Assembly (NCBI GenBank): GCA_963663385.2
Contig: CAXXXD010000002.1
Coordinates: 864,001 to 928,000 of the forward strand
Source of the DNA: Oceanispirochaeta sp.
GTDB taxonomy: Bacteria; Spirochaetota; Spirochaetia; DSM-2461
Reading direction: 5' to 3'
Length of the DNA: 64,000 nucleotides
The notes under the pieces were generated by a model that was given only the letters and a program-made list of their open reading frames with translations, did no database searches and was not told where the DNA came from. This document shows positions 20,098 to 28,653 of the stretch, in pieces. The position numbers were made by a program, and so were the translations under genes. Positions within the stretch are counted from its first letter, which is position 1. The number at the start of each line of letters is the position of its first letter.

Positions 20098-20177
20098 TCT
20101 GTTTTCCTTCGTTGTCATTAAACATTTCAGGTTCAAGGGTTTGTTCTCAGCCGACATCAGTCAGCACCCCTAACAGG
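20098..20177 (-). ncRNA. TPP riboswitch (THI element) with a variant P5 region
   Basis: Minus strand CUGUU-AGGGGUGC...GGCUGAGA...ACCCUU-GAACCUGA...UAAUG...CGAAGGA-AAACAG; P1 is CUGUU/AACAG; lies upstream of thiamine genes. Confidence 0.9.
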
Positions 20178-20587
20178 TTTGTATTTACCCTATTCCATTC
20201 GGATTTTTTCGTCAAGAAGGGGTATGAAAACAGAGCGGTAACAGATCTATCAATTGTTTTGTTCCGATTTTTCCTGATTTTTCCAGGCCATCAGACTTTA
20301 TGGGGAATGAAAGATAGGCTTTTATTAAATAAGAACAAATTGTTATTTATTTTTCAGATTCTGTTAATTTCTCAAGATTATCAGGTGGTGTATCTTATAT
20401 TCCAGATTAAAAATCTTTTAAAATCTGTGGGACTGGATTTTTTCTTCTTAATGTTATCAAGTTTGTTTCAGTCTAAAAAATCCGGTCTCATTTTTGACTT
20501 TTTCTTTCAGAATACTTTAATGTATATCAGTTTTTAATATTCTGGTATGCCTGAATATGCTCTGCCATTATTTATATTGGGAAACTG

Positions 20588-22342
20588 TTAATGCGACACC
20601 TTGTGAAACTCTACTTCCTGAACGCCCCGTACGGAATTGATCAGGTATATTTTTTCCATTCTGTCCAGATCCTTCAGAAGCAGAACCTTTTCCAGAATCT
20701 TTCCGGATTCTATCAGCTCCCTTCTGTAAGTTCCTGCCAGGAGTCCGCATTTCACAGGGGGGGTATAGTCCCGGCCGTCCAGTCTCACCACAACATTGCC
20801 AATGCAGGACTCGGTGATTTCACCCTTTTCATTCCACAGCAGAACATCATCGAATCCGGGACTGAGCTCCCTGATCTCATCGTAAATATGTCTGCTGGTG
20901 GTCTTGTGAAAGAAGAAAGGATTGGCCGAATCAATCGCTTTCCGGCCCGGGGTCAGTGTCCAGAGCGCTTTGCCCCGGGGCTCTGTTTCTTCGCAGATCA
21001 TCTCTCCCTGTTTCTCCAGCAGGAGGCGAATCTTTCTTACCCTTTTTTCAAACTCGTCGGAACGGCGCACTAATAGATTCAATACCCTGTCCCGGGAAAA
21101 GGGGTAGCCGAAGTATTCAGCGGATTCCTCCAACCTGTCCAGGTGCTTTTCCAGAAGAAAATAACCCTCTTCCGGATCCCATTTCAGCGATTCCAGAAGG
21201 GCGAAATCGGGAGCTCTTCGGTTCAGTATCTTTGCTTTGGTCATGGTTTCGTCAAATTCCTCGCTGGTCGTAGAATCCCAGACGATTCCGCCTCCTGTCC
21301 CGTATTCGCCCTGTTTCCGTTTCTTATCAAAAACGGCTGTGCGGATAGCCACGTTAAACTGGGCTTTCCGTCCCGGGGCCATATAACCGATGGATCCTGT
21401 ATAGACCCCCCGGGGAGATGTTTCCAGTTCCTTTATAATCTTCATTGTACTGCATTTGGGGGCTCCTGTTATGGAGGAACAGGGAAAGAGCGCTTTAAAA
21501 ATGTCTGTAAGAGATCTTTCTGTTTCGGCTTCGACGGTCGAAGTCATCTGCCAGAGGGTGGGGTATTTTTCCAGAGAAAAAAGGGAGGAGACCTTAACAC
21601 TCCCCGTTTGGGCAATACGGCCCAGGTCATTCCGGATCATGTCCACGATCATCCTGTTTTCAGCCCTGTTTTTTTCGGAATGAAAGAGCCAATCCGCCTG
21701 TTCTCTGTCTTCTGCCGGAAAACGTCCCCTGGGTGCGGTGCCCTTCATGGGGCGGGTTATTATTTCCCTGCCCTCCAATGTAAAAAACAGTTCGGGAGAC
21801 GCTGAGCAGACCGTTACATCCTCCGTTTCAATATAGGCTCCGTACAAGGCGTTCTGAGCTTCCTGAATCTGCCTGAAAAACCGGAAAGAGTCTCCTCCGT
21901 AAGGTGTACGAAGCCTGTAGGTATAGTTGACCTGGTAGGTGTCGCCCCGGCGGATCCTCTCCTTTACAGCTTTAATCCCGCCGGTATATTCGGTTTTATC
22001 CAGAACCGGTTCCCACATCAGTAATGCATCTTCCGGGGGGGCCGGTTTTAAATCATCTCCGGGAAGGATATCCGGTTCATCATATAAGCCGAACCAGAGC
22101 AGAGGGAGGGAACTGTCATCCCTGACAGTAAGGGCTTCATCAAAAGCCGGCGCGGCTTCGTATGTTATGAACCCGGCGGCATGATACCTCTGGTTTTCCA
22201 CCTTGTTACAGATCTTCTCAAGAACCGGTATTACCTGATCTTTGTTCCGGGCAATATAAACCTGCCGGGGGGAGTGGAAGTCAAGCCATTGATTATTCAA
22301 ACTATCGTGCAGTATAACCCTGTCTGATTTTCCGGTTTTCAT
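20588..22342 (-). CDS. pabB: Fused aminodeoxychorismate synthase component I / ADC lyase (PabB-PabC)
   Basis: TYQVN, SPELF, PMKGT and MIVDMIRNDLG, then a class IV PLP domain (HKTT, GEITE, GLLAGTYR). Start set at ATG 22342 after GGAG. Confidence 0.9.
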   Translation of the reverse strand: MKTGKSDRVILHDSLNNQWLDFHSPRQVYIARNKDQVIPVLEKICNKVENQRYHAAGFITYEAAPAFDEALTVRDDSSLPLLWFGLYDEPDILPGDDLKPAPPEDALLMWEPVLDKTEYTGGIKAVKERIRRGDTYQVNYTYRLRTPYGGDSFRFFRQIQEAQNALYGAYIETEDVTVCSASPELFFTLEGREIITRPMKGTAPRGRFPAEDREQADWLFHSEKNRAENRMIVDMIRNDLGRIAQTGSVKVSSLFSLEKYPTLWQMTSTVEAETERSLTDIFKALFPCSSITGAPKCSTMKIIKELETSPRGVYTGSIGYMAPGRKAQFNVAIRTAVFDKKRKQGEYGTGGGIVWDSTTSEEFDETMTKAKILNRRAPDFALLESLKWDPEEGYFLLEKHLDRLEESAEYFGYPFSRDRVLNLLVRRSDEFEKRVRKIRLLLEKQGEMICEETEPRGKALWTLTPGRKAIDSANPFFFHKTTSRHIYDEIRELSPGFDDVLLWNEKGEITESCIGNVVVRLDGRDYTPPVKCGLLAGTYRRELIESGKILEKVLLLKDLDRMEKIYLINSVRGVQEVEFHKVSH

Positions 22343-22440
22343 ATTGCTCCCTTGTATCCTGCCGTTTCTTTTACATGAAAAGGGGGGCATCATAACATTT
22401 TTTTATGATTTTTATAAGGAGCCCGGGCGATAATCGGGGC

Positions 22441-22740
22441 ATGAAGGATCCCAGGGGATACCGGGTCCCTGATGTCACGGACTATATCCTGTCTGATTCG
22501 GGGGCCGGACATGACTATTTTTTTACCTCTTATCCGGGGCCCCCGGAGGATTCCGCTCTTCGCTATTACTGTCACAGGGCCTGTCTGCTTCTGGGCGGAG
22601 GAATCAGGCCGGAAGACGCTGCCTCCGCTCTGGGATTTCCGGATTACCGGTTGTTCTGCCGGCAGTTCAGGGCGTATACGGGTATGGTGCCGGAAAAATA
22701 CTATGAATGGATTAATCAAAGGGAACCCTCACGGAAATAG
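22441..22740 (+). CDS. Small protein with an AraC-type C-terminal HTH
   Basis: RACLLL...EDAASALGFPDYRLFCRQFRAYTGMVPEKY matches the second AraC HTH pattern. Confidence 0.65.
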   Translation: MKDPRGYRVPDVTDYILSDSGAGHDYFFTSYPGPPEDSALRYYCHRACLLLGGGIRPEDAASALGFPDYRLFCRQFRAYTGMVPEKYYEWINQREPSRK

Positions 22741-22801
22741 TATTCTGTCAAGGAAATAATCCATTTTTCTTCATTTCATGGCAAAGCTCCTCTTATACAG
22801 C

Positions 22802-22830
22802 TTGTCATAAAATACACATATCACTATACT
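22802..22830 (+). promoter_or_regulatory. Sigma70-like promoter of gap
   Basis: TTGTCA-N17-TATACT. Confidence 0.65.
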
Positions 22831-22877
22831 TGCAGGAAAAATAGATAAATAGTTATTTAATTCCACGGAGGATACAA

Positions 22878-23906
22878 ATGGGTAAAATTAGAGTTGGTTT
22901 CAACGGAATGGGTAGAATCGGTAAAAACGTAATGCGCGTTATTACTTCTCAGTTCAACGATCAGATTGAGATTGTTGCCGGTAATGACCTGGTTTCTGCA
23001 AAAGAAATTGCAGAAGGACTTCCTAAAGATTCAATCCACGGAAAATTCCCTGTTGAGGTAAAACTTCTCAGCGATAATGAAATTCAGATCGGTGAACACA
23101 AAGTAACCGTATATGCTGAAAAAGATGCCAACAACATCCCCTGGGCAAAACACAATGTAGACGTAGTTCTGGAATGTACCGGTTTCTATCTGTCTACAGA
23201 AAAAGCTCAGGCTCATATCAATGCAGGTGCAAAAAAAGTAATTATTTCCGCTCCCTGTAAAGATGATACAAAAACCGTTGTAATCGGTGTTAACAGCGAT
23301 ACACTGACAGCTGACGATAAAATCGTTTCCAACGCTTCCTGTACAACAAACTGTCTGGCCCCCCTGACAAAAGCTGTTGATGACTCTTTCAAGGTAATCA
23401 CCGGTCTGATGTGTACCACTCACGCTGCTACAGCTACCCAGAGAGTACAGGACTTCTTCGGCGGCGGTAAAAACAGAGCTACCGGAAACAACATTATCCC
23501 CGCTTCTACCGGTGCTGCTATCGCTGTAGGTAAAGTACTGCCTCACCTGAACGGTAAACTGAACGGTACCGCTCTGCGTGTTCCCACCGATACAGGTTCT
23601 GTTGTAGAAGTTGTATACCTCCTCGAAGGTAAGCACACCAAGGACGAGATCAACGCCGCAGTTGCTGAGAATGCCAGGAAAGTTAATGCCATGTCTATCA
23701 CCGGTAAGGTTCTGGACGTGAATGATTACTACGAGTGTTCCAGAGACTGCGTTGGTGAAGGCTGGACCTCTATGATGATCCCCGGAAACACTCAGGTAAC
23801 CGAAGCCGGCGAGAACACTCTGGTTAAAATGACTTCTTTCTACGACAACGAAATGGGTTACTCAACCAAGATGGCTGAGCTGGCTCAGATCCTTATGTCC
23901 AAATAA
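22878..23906 (+). CDS. gap: Type I glyceraldehyde-3-phosphate dehydrogenase (divergent)
   Basis: GFNGMGRIG, SNASCTTNCLAP, STGAA, RVPT and YDNE; strong codon bias; GGAGG RBS. Confidence 0.93.
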   Translation: MGKIRVGFNGMGRIGKNVMRVITSQFNDQIEIVAGNDLVSAKEIAEGLPKDSIHGKFPVEVKLLSDNEIQIGEHKVTVYAEKDANNIPWAKHNVDVVLECTGFYLSTEKAQAHINAGAKKVIISAPCKDDTKTVVIGVNSDTLTADDKIVSNASCTTNCLAPLTKAVDDSFKVITGLMCTTHAATATQRVQDFFGGGKNRATGNNIIPASTGAAIAVGKVLPHLNGKLNGTALRVPTDTGSVVEVVYLLEGKHTKDEINAAVAENARKVNAMSITGKVLDVNDYYECSRDCVGEGWTSMMIPGNTQVTEAGENTLVKMTSFYDNEMGYSTKMAELAQILMSK

Positions 23907-23944
23907 GCATAGATTGAATTATCCCATCCGCATCTGCGGATAAC

Positions 23945-23979
23945 AAAAAACCGGAAAGCCCAGGCCTTCCGGTTTTTTT
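23945..23979. terminator. Bidirectional Rho-independent terminator
   Basis: AAAAAACCGGAA...TTCCGGTTTTTTT between convergent genes. Confidence 0.85.
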
Positions 23980-23991
23980 ACTTTAAGGGGA

Positions 23992-24501
23992 TTACTCTTT
24001 GGCGGGAGAGTAACTGCCGGCATCCCCGTCGGCTTTTGTGTTGTCATCAGCATATTGCGAACTTTCCGATCTTGTTACTTCAATGGTATAGCTGCCTGAG
24101 GAAGAGGAGTAGTAGTTCCAGACCGCAATATACACCGTTCCGGAGTCGGCATTTGTTTCCAGCCAGCCGCTTTCATCTTCCTCTGAATAATTGGAGTCAA
24201 TGGCACTGCCTATAATGCTGCCAGTACTGTCATAAAAGGCAAAAACCAGATCCAGACTTGACCCGGAAACCCAATTCACATCTGCATCGTAGCGTTCATA
24301 CGTCTCCGTATCAAAATAAAAAACATCCCTGTCACCGGAGATCAGTTCTCCCTCGTATTTTGTTCCGTCTGTTTTTATCAGGTTGGCGGAAGAGTCATAA
24401 TCGTTAGGTTCTGATTCAGAATAGGATTTTGTTCCTGTCTTTTCCAGTTCGCAGGCACTCAACAGAAGCAGTATCAACAGGAAGTATGCAGTGATTTTCA
24501 T
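23992..24501 (-). CDS. Lipoprotein with a PPC-like beta domain
   Basis: Lipobox LSAC; ESEPND...A, D.DVFYF, and GSYTIEV motifs. Confidence 0.8.
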   Translation of the reverse strand: MKITAYFLLILLLLSACELEKTGTKSYSESEPNDYDSSANLIKTDGTKYEGELISGDRDVFYFDTETYERYDADVNWVSGSSLDLVFAFYDSTGSIIGSAIDSNYSEEDESGWLETNADSGTVYIAVWNYYSSSSGSYTIEVTRSESSQYADDNTKADGDAGSYSPAKE

Positions 24502-24650
24502 AGCTATACTCCTTAATATGTTCCTTTAGAAATTCTAGTACTTTACGGAGGGGAAAACAAAGGGAAAATTAGGCGAGTTATATTTTCAGATAATAAAATG
24601 AAGGTCTATTGCAGGTAAACAGGCAATAAACCCTCATTATAGGTGATTTT

Positions 24651-25166
24651 TTATTTTTCCAGGGATTCCCTGATTTTTTCTGAAGGGAATCCTATAAGGC
24701 CTTTATCAATTTTTGTGGCATCAATTGATTCTCTGCTGGTCGTATTTGTTACTTTTACGCTATAGTCGCCTTCATCGGTTGTCCAGTATCCAGAGACTGC
24801 AATATAAATATTCCCTGTATAATTGTATACGGTGTAGGGGAATACTTCGCTATCCTCTGTATCTCCATCATCCACATAACCGAGAACAGATCCATCCGTA
24901 TCAAATATATAAAGTACTGGATCCAAATCACCGTCAATATATTTTATTTTTACTTCATAGTTTTGATATGCTGATATTGGATAACAAAAATAATCAATAT
25001 CATTGTTTGTAATTGATGCTTTGAAAGTATCTCCAACATCAATTAAATCAGCTGTTAGTTTTGTGTCGTTAGGTTCATTTTCATCGGGGGAAAATTTATC
25101 ATCTTCAAAAAGGCTGCAAGCAGAAAAAATCGATAGTAAAATGAGCAGTAGTAAATATTTTTTCAC
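24651..25166 (-). CDS. Lipoprotein with a PPC-like beta domain (AT-rich)
   Basis: GTG start after GGAG; lipobox FSAC; ENEPND...A, DIDYF, DPVLYIFD and GDYSVKV. Confidence 0.8.
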   Translation of the reverse strand: MKKYLLLLILLSIFSACSLFEDDKFSPDENEPNDTKLTADLIDVGDTFKASITNNDIDYFCYPISAYQNYEVKIKYIDGDLDPVLYIFDTDGSVLGYVDDGDTEDSEVFPYTVYNYTGNIYIAVSGYWTTDEGDYSVKVTNTTSRESIDATKIDKGLIGFPSEKIRESLEK

Positions 25167-25301
25167 AAAATATCTCCTTATTTATTTTTATTGAAAGTGT
25201 ATCTTGTAAGTATTAAAAAAACAACCATTCTTTTTTTATAAGAAGTGGCCACATATTCCTATTTTCTTGACAACCCGGGGAGGGGCTTGTAGGGTGAATG
25301 T

Positions 25302-26864
25302 ATGAATATTTATCATGGTTCGATTATTACCTGCGATGCATCGGATTCCGTTTTTTCCTATCTGATTGAGGACAGAGGGAAAATCCTCTATACGGGAAAC
25401 TCTCTTCCGGAAGAGTATAAGAGCATTCCTCTCCGGGAGTTGGGACAGAAAGCGCTGGTTCCGGCTTTTGCCGATTCCCATATGCACTTTTCCTCTTTCG
25501 CCCTGTTTCATTCAGGGGTGAATGTTTCCGACTGTTCCTCAAACAGGGAAATCCTGCAGACTCTCTCTGCCGTTCATGAGGATTCCCGGGAGGAGGTTCT
25601 GATCGGGTTTGGAATTTCTCCCCACAGTGTGGAGGAGGGGCGCCTTGTAACCCGCGGCGAACTGGACAGGGCGGTGCCGGATAATCCCGTGTTTCTGGTA
25701 AAATACGATGGGCATGCCTGTGTTATCAATTCCACCCTGTTAAAGATGCTGCCTAAAAAAATCCCTCAGCTCAGAGGGTTTGATGCGGACAGCGGGGAGA
25801 TGCAGCAGGAGGCGTTTTTTGCGGTTACCGATTATATCACGGGATCCGTATCTCCCATCCGCTTAATCCGTACCATGCTGGAAGCCTATGATTTTTTAAC
25901 GAAGCAGGGGTTCGGAATGCTTCATACCGTAAGCGGGGTGGGGTACCCCCATGACCTTGATGTTGATCTGGAACGCTGGATCGGTCAGGGGCTGGGAACA
26001 GGGTTTCAGACCCGTCTGTTTTTTCAGACCATGAATATCAGAAAAGTGCAAAGGAGGAAACTGCCCCGGATCGGCGGTTGCTTCGCCACGGCTCTGGACG
26101 GGTGTTTCGGCTCGGTTGATGCAGCTCTCTATAAACCCTATGAGGGAACAGGAAACAGAGGAATCCTCTATTATAATGATGAGGAAGTGACGGATTTCTG
26201 CAAAAGGGCCAACCGGGACGGTCTGCAGATAGAAATGCATGCTATTGGCGACCGTGCCTTTGATCAGGCCGCCAGGGCCCTGGATGCGGCTCTGAAGGAT
26301 TGCCCCCGTGAGGATCATCGTCACGGGATTATCCATGCCTGCCTGCCGACGGACGAAGGGATGGATCTCTGTGCGAGGAACGGAATTCAGATACCGCTGC
26401 AGCCGGCATTTCTTAACTGGGTTCAGGAACCCTCCTCCTATCTCAGGAGTATTCTGGGTGAACGGGAAGCTGAACTTAATCCCCTGAGAACCCTGTGGGA
26501 CAGGGGGATTCTCCTGTCCGGCGGCTCCGATGCTCCTGTGACAACACCTGATGCCGTTCACGGTATTCATAATGCCTGCAATCATCCGGTTCCTTCACAA
26601 TCCCTGACCGTACAGGAAGCTCTTAAACTTTTTACCATCAATGGATATAAAGCCTCTTTTGATGACAGGGACAGGGGATCTCTGGAACCCGGTAAAACTG
26701 CCGATATGACTGTGCTTTCGGGGAATCCACTGGATATGCCGGTTGAAAAACTCAATAACCTTGCTGTGGAACAGACCCTGCTGGGCGGGCAGGTATATCA
26801 TTCTTCGGAGAAAAGCTCTTTTCTGACTCTGCTGCATGGGATATTCAGCAAAGCTGCGATTTGA
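25302..26864 (+). CDS. Amidohydrolase 3 family (YtcJ-like) metal-dependent hydrolase
   Basis: FADSHMH, MHAIGDRA, GGSDAP and GSLEPGKTADMTVL. Confidence 0.9.
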   Translation: MNIYHGSIITCDASDSVFSYLIEDRGKILYTGNSLPEEYKSIPLRELGQKALVPAFADSHMHFSSFALFHSGVNVSDCSSNREILQTLSAVHEDSREEVLIGFGISPHSVEEGRLVTRGELDRAVPDNPVFLVKYDGHACVINSTLLKMLPKKIPQLRGFDADSGEMQQEAFFAVTDYITGSVSPIRLIRTMLEAYDFLTKQGFGMLHTVSGVGYPHDLDVDLERWIGQGLGTGFQTRLFFQTMNIRKVQRRKLPRIGGCFATALDGCFGSVDAALYKPYEGTGNRGILYYNDEEVTDFCKRANRDGLQIEMHAIGDRAFDQAARALDAALKDCPREDHRHGIIHACLPTDEGMDLCARNGIQIPLQPAFLNWVQEPSSYLRSILGEREAELNPLRTLWDRGILLSGGSDAPVTTPDAVHGIHNACNHPVPSQSLTVQEALKLFTINGYKASFDDRDRGSLEPGKTADMTVLSGNPLDMPVEKLNNLAVEQTLLGGQVYHSSEKSSFLTLLHGIFSKAAI

Positions 26865-26980
26865 TTCTTATTAAAACCCCACTCAATCTCCCCGAAGTCA
26901 ATAATGATTCCCCTCCATTGGATGGATAGGGGAGGCCGGGAGAAGTCGTCATGTTTTTACACTCGAACCGATACCAATTT

Positions 26981-27040
26981 CTACGAAGGAAAAAGTAGGA
27001 CATTTTCCCCTTCCTTGAGGAGGGGGCTAGGGGGAGGTCT
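26981..27040. repeat. REP-like palindromic dispersed repeat, copy A
   Basis: Core 27005-27040 is 34/36 identical to 49460-49495; both are preceded by CTACGAAGGA. Confidence 0.8.
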
Positions 27041-27119
27041 GGATTAGAGCAGGGCGAGGGGTATTATTAATGCTTGAAATATTACTAAAATAGTAGTAAA
27101 TATAAAGGGAGGTGTGTAT

Positions 27120-27287
27120 ATGGCTGAAATTAAAAAGAAATTCTGTAAACTGGCAAAAAACGGCTGGAAGGGGAATGAGGACGCAGTCCTTGCCGAAGTA
27201 CTTCATCCGGAATATATCTGTAGAAAATGTCTTCGTGTTGCGGTGAATAAGAAAATTCTCTGTGATCCCCGGGCCATAAGGAAGTAG
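27120..27287 (+). CDS. 55-aa four-cysteine small protein (below the ORF-track cutoff)
   Basis: GGAGG RBS then MAEIKKKFCKLAKNGWKGNEDAVLAEVLHPEYICRKCLRVAVNKKILCDPRAIRK*. Confidence 0.8.
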   Translation: MAEIKKKFCKLAKNGWKGNEDAVLAEVLHPEYICRKCLRVAVNKKILCDPRAIRK

Positions 27288-27390
27288 TTGGAAGTTCTGG
27301 TAAAACTTGCAGAAAGCTCAGGAATAGACAATAACTTATAATAAGAATCTGAATTATAACGCTTGTTTTTTATTTACAGGTGATAAGGAG

Positions 27391-28572
27391 TTGGCATTGG
27401 ATAATTTTACATTTTGTAATCCCACAAAAATAGTATTCGGAAAAGCAGCGGAGGAAAAATGCGGTGAGGAGATCAGCCGGTACGGTAAGAATATCCTGCT
27501 CCACTACGGTGGCGGATCCATTAAAGAAACCGGGTTGTACGATCGCGTCACTTCTTCTCTCAAGTCTGCAGGAATCGAGTATACCGAGCTGGCCGGAGTA
27601 AAGCCGAATCCGAGACTTTCCCTGGTGAAGGAAGGGATCAGGCTGTGCCGGGAGAAAAAAATCGATTTTATCCTGGCTGTCGGCGGTGGAAGTGTCATCG
27701 ACTCTGCAAAAGCCATTTCGGTGGGGGTACCCTATACGGGAGATGTCTGGGATTTCTATACATCCAGGGCCCGGGCAAAGAGCGCTCTTCCCATTGGCAC
27801 TGTGCTAACCATTCCGGCTGCGGGCAGCGAATCAAGCGACGGCTCTGTTATCACGAAGGAAGAAGGGCTGCTGAAGAGGGCCTATGGTTCGGACCTGCTC
27901 TATCCCCGAATTTCCTTTCTGAATCCGGAACTGGCCATGACTCTGCCGGTTCAGCAGATACGGAACGGCATTACAGATATAATGGCTCATCTTCTGGAAA
28001 GGTACTTTACCAACACGGGTAATGTGGAACTGACAGACCGTCTGATTGAGAGTGTCCTTAAAACAGTTATCCATAATGGTCCTCTGTTAATAAAGAATCC
28101 GGATGATTATAATGCCTGGGCAGAACTTATGTGGTCCGGTACGATTGCCCATAACAACCTTTTAAATACTGGACGGACGGGGGACTGGGGATCCCACGAA
28201 ATAGAGCATGAACTGAGCGGTATCTATGATGTGGCTCACGGTGCCGGTCTGGCGGTTGTTTTTCCTGCCTGGATGAAGTATGTCTACCGGCATGATATTA
28301 CCCGCTTCGCCCAGTTTGCCGTAAGGGTATGGAATGTGGAACAGGATTTTCGTTCTCTCGAAGCAACGGCATTAGCCGGCATAGCAGCATTTGAGAACTT
28401 TCTGTTATCCATAGGACAATCCGTCCGTCTGAAAGGGATCGGGATTGACGGCAGCCGTCTGGAAGAGATGTCCAGAAAAGCCACCAATGGGGATACCCGT
28501 CATCTGGGGCAGTTTGTTCCGCTCTGGTCCAATGATATCCTTTCCATTCTGAAACTGGCTATGGAAGAATAA
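27391..28572 (+). CDS. Iron-containing alcohol dehydrogenase (BdhA/YqhD-like)
   Basis: TTG start after AAGGAG; GGGS, AVGGGSVIDSAK, AAGSE, H.IEHE and HGAGLA. Confidence 0.92.
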   Translation: MALDNFTFCNPTKIVFGKAAEEKCGEEISRYGKNILLHYGGGSIKETGLYDRVTSSLKSAGIEYTELAGVKPNPRLSLVKEGIRLCREKKIDFILAVGGGSVIDSAKAISVGVPYTGDVWDFYTSRARAKSALPIGTVLTIPAAGSESSDGSVITKEEGLLKRAYGSDLLYPRISFLNPELAMTLPVQQIRNGITDIMAHLLERYFTNTGNVELTDRLIESVLKTVIHNGPLLIKNPDDYNAWAELMWSGTIAHNNLLNTGRTGDWGSHEIEHELSGIYDVAHGAGLAVVFPAWMKYVYRHDITRFAQFAVRVWNVEQDFRSLEATALAGIAAFENFLLSIGQSVRLKGIGIDGSRLEEMSRKATNGDTRHLGQFVPLWSNDILSILKLAMEE

Positions 28573-28605
28573 GGGGTCACGGCGGTATTTTCATTTTATA
28601 GATTA

Positions 28606-28634
28606 TATTGACATATTATGATAATATGTCAATA
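28606..28634. promoter_or_regulatory. 29-bp palindrome overlapping the -35 box of the acyl-CoA synthetase promoter
   Basis: TATTGACATATTAT-G-ATAATATGTCAATA has perfect 14-bp arms and contains TTGACA. Confidence 0.7.
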
Positions 28635-28653
28635 AAAATATCAGGAGTGAATT

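Noticed and set aside
20061..20560. ORF 20061-20537 (+) and the AT-rich stretch upstream of the riboswitch
   Set aside because: The ORF overlaps the riboswitch antisense, has F/L/I-rich composition typical of T-rich non-coding DNA, and has no RBS. The minus-strand frames checked contain early stops. It could be a decayed remnant, but this cannot be supported.
22802..22819. Possible Rex operators upstream of gap (and near 39602-39620 upstream of adh)
   Set aside because: Only partial matches to the TTGTGAA-N4-TTCACAA-type consensus, with poor symmetry.
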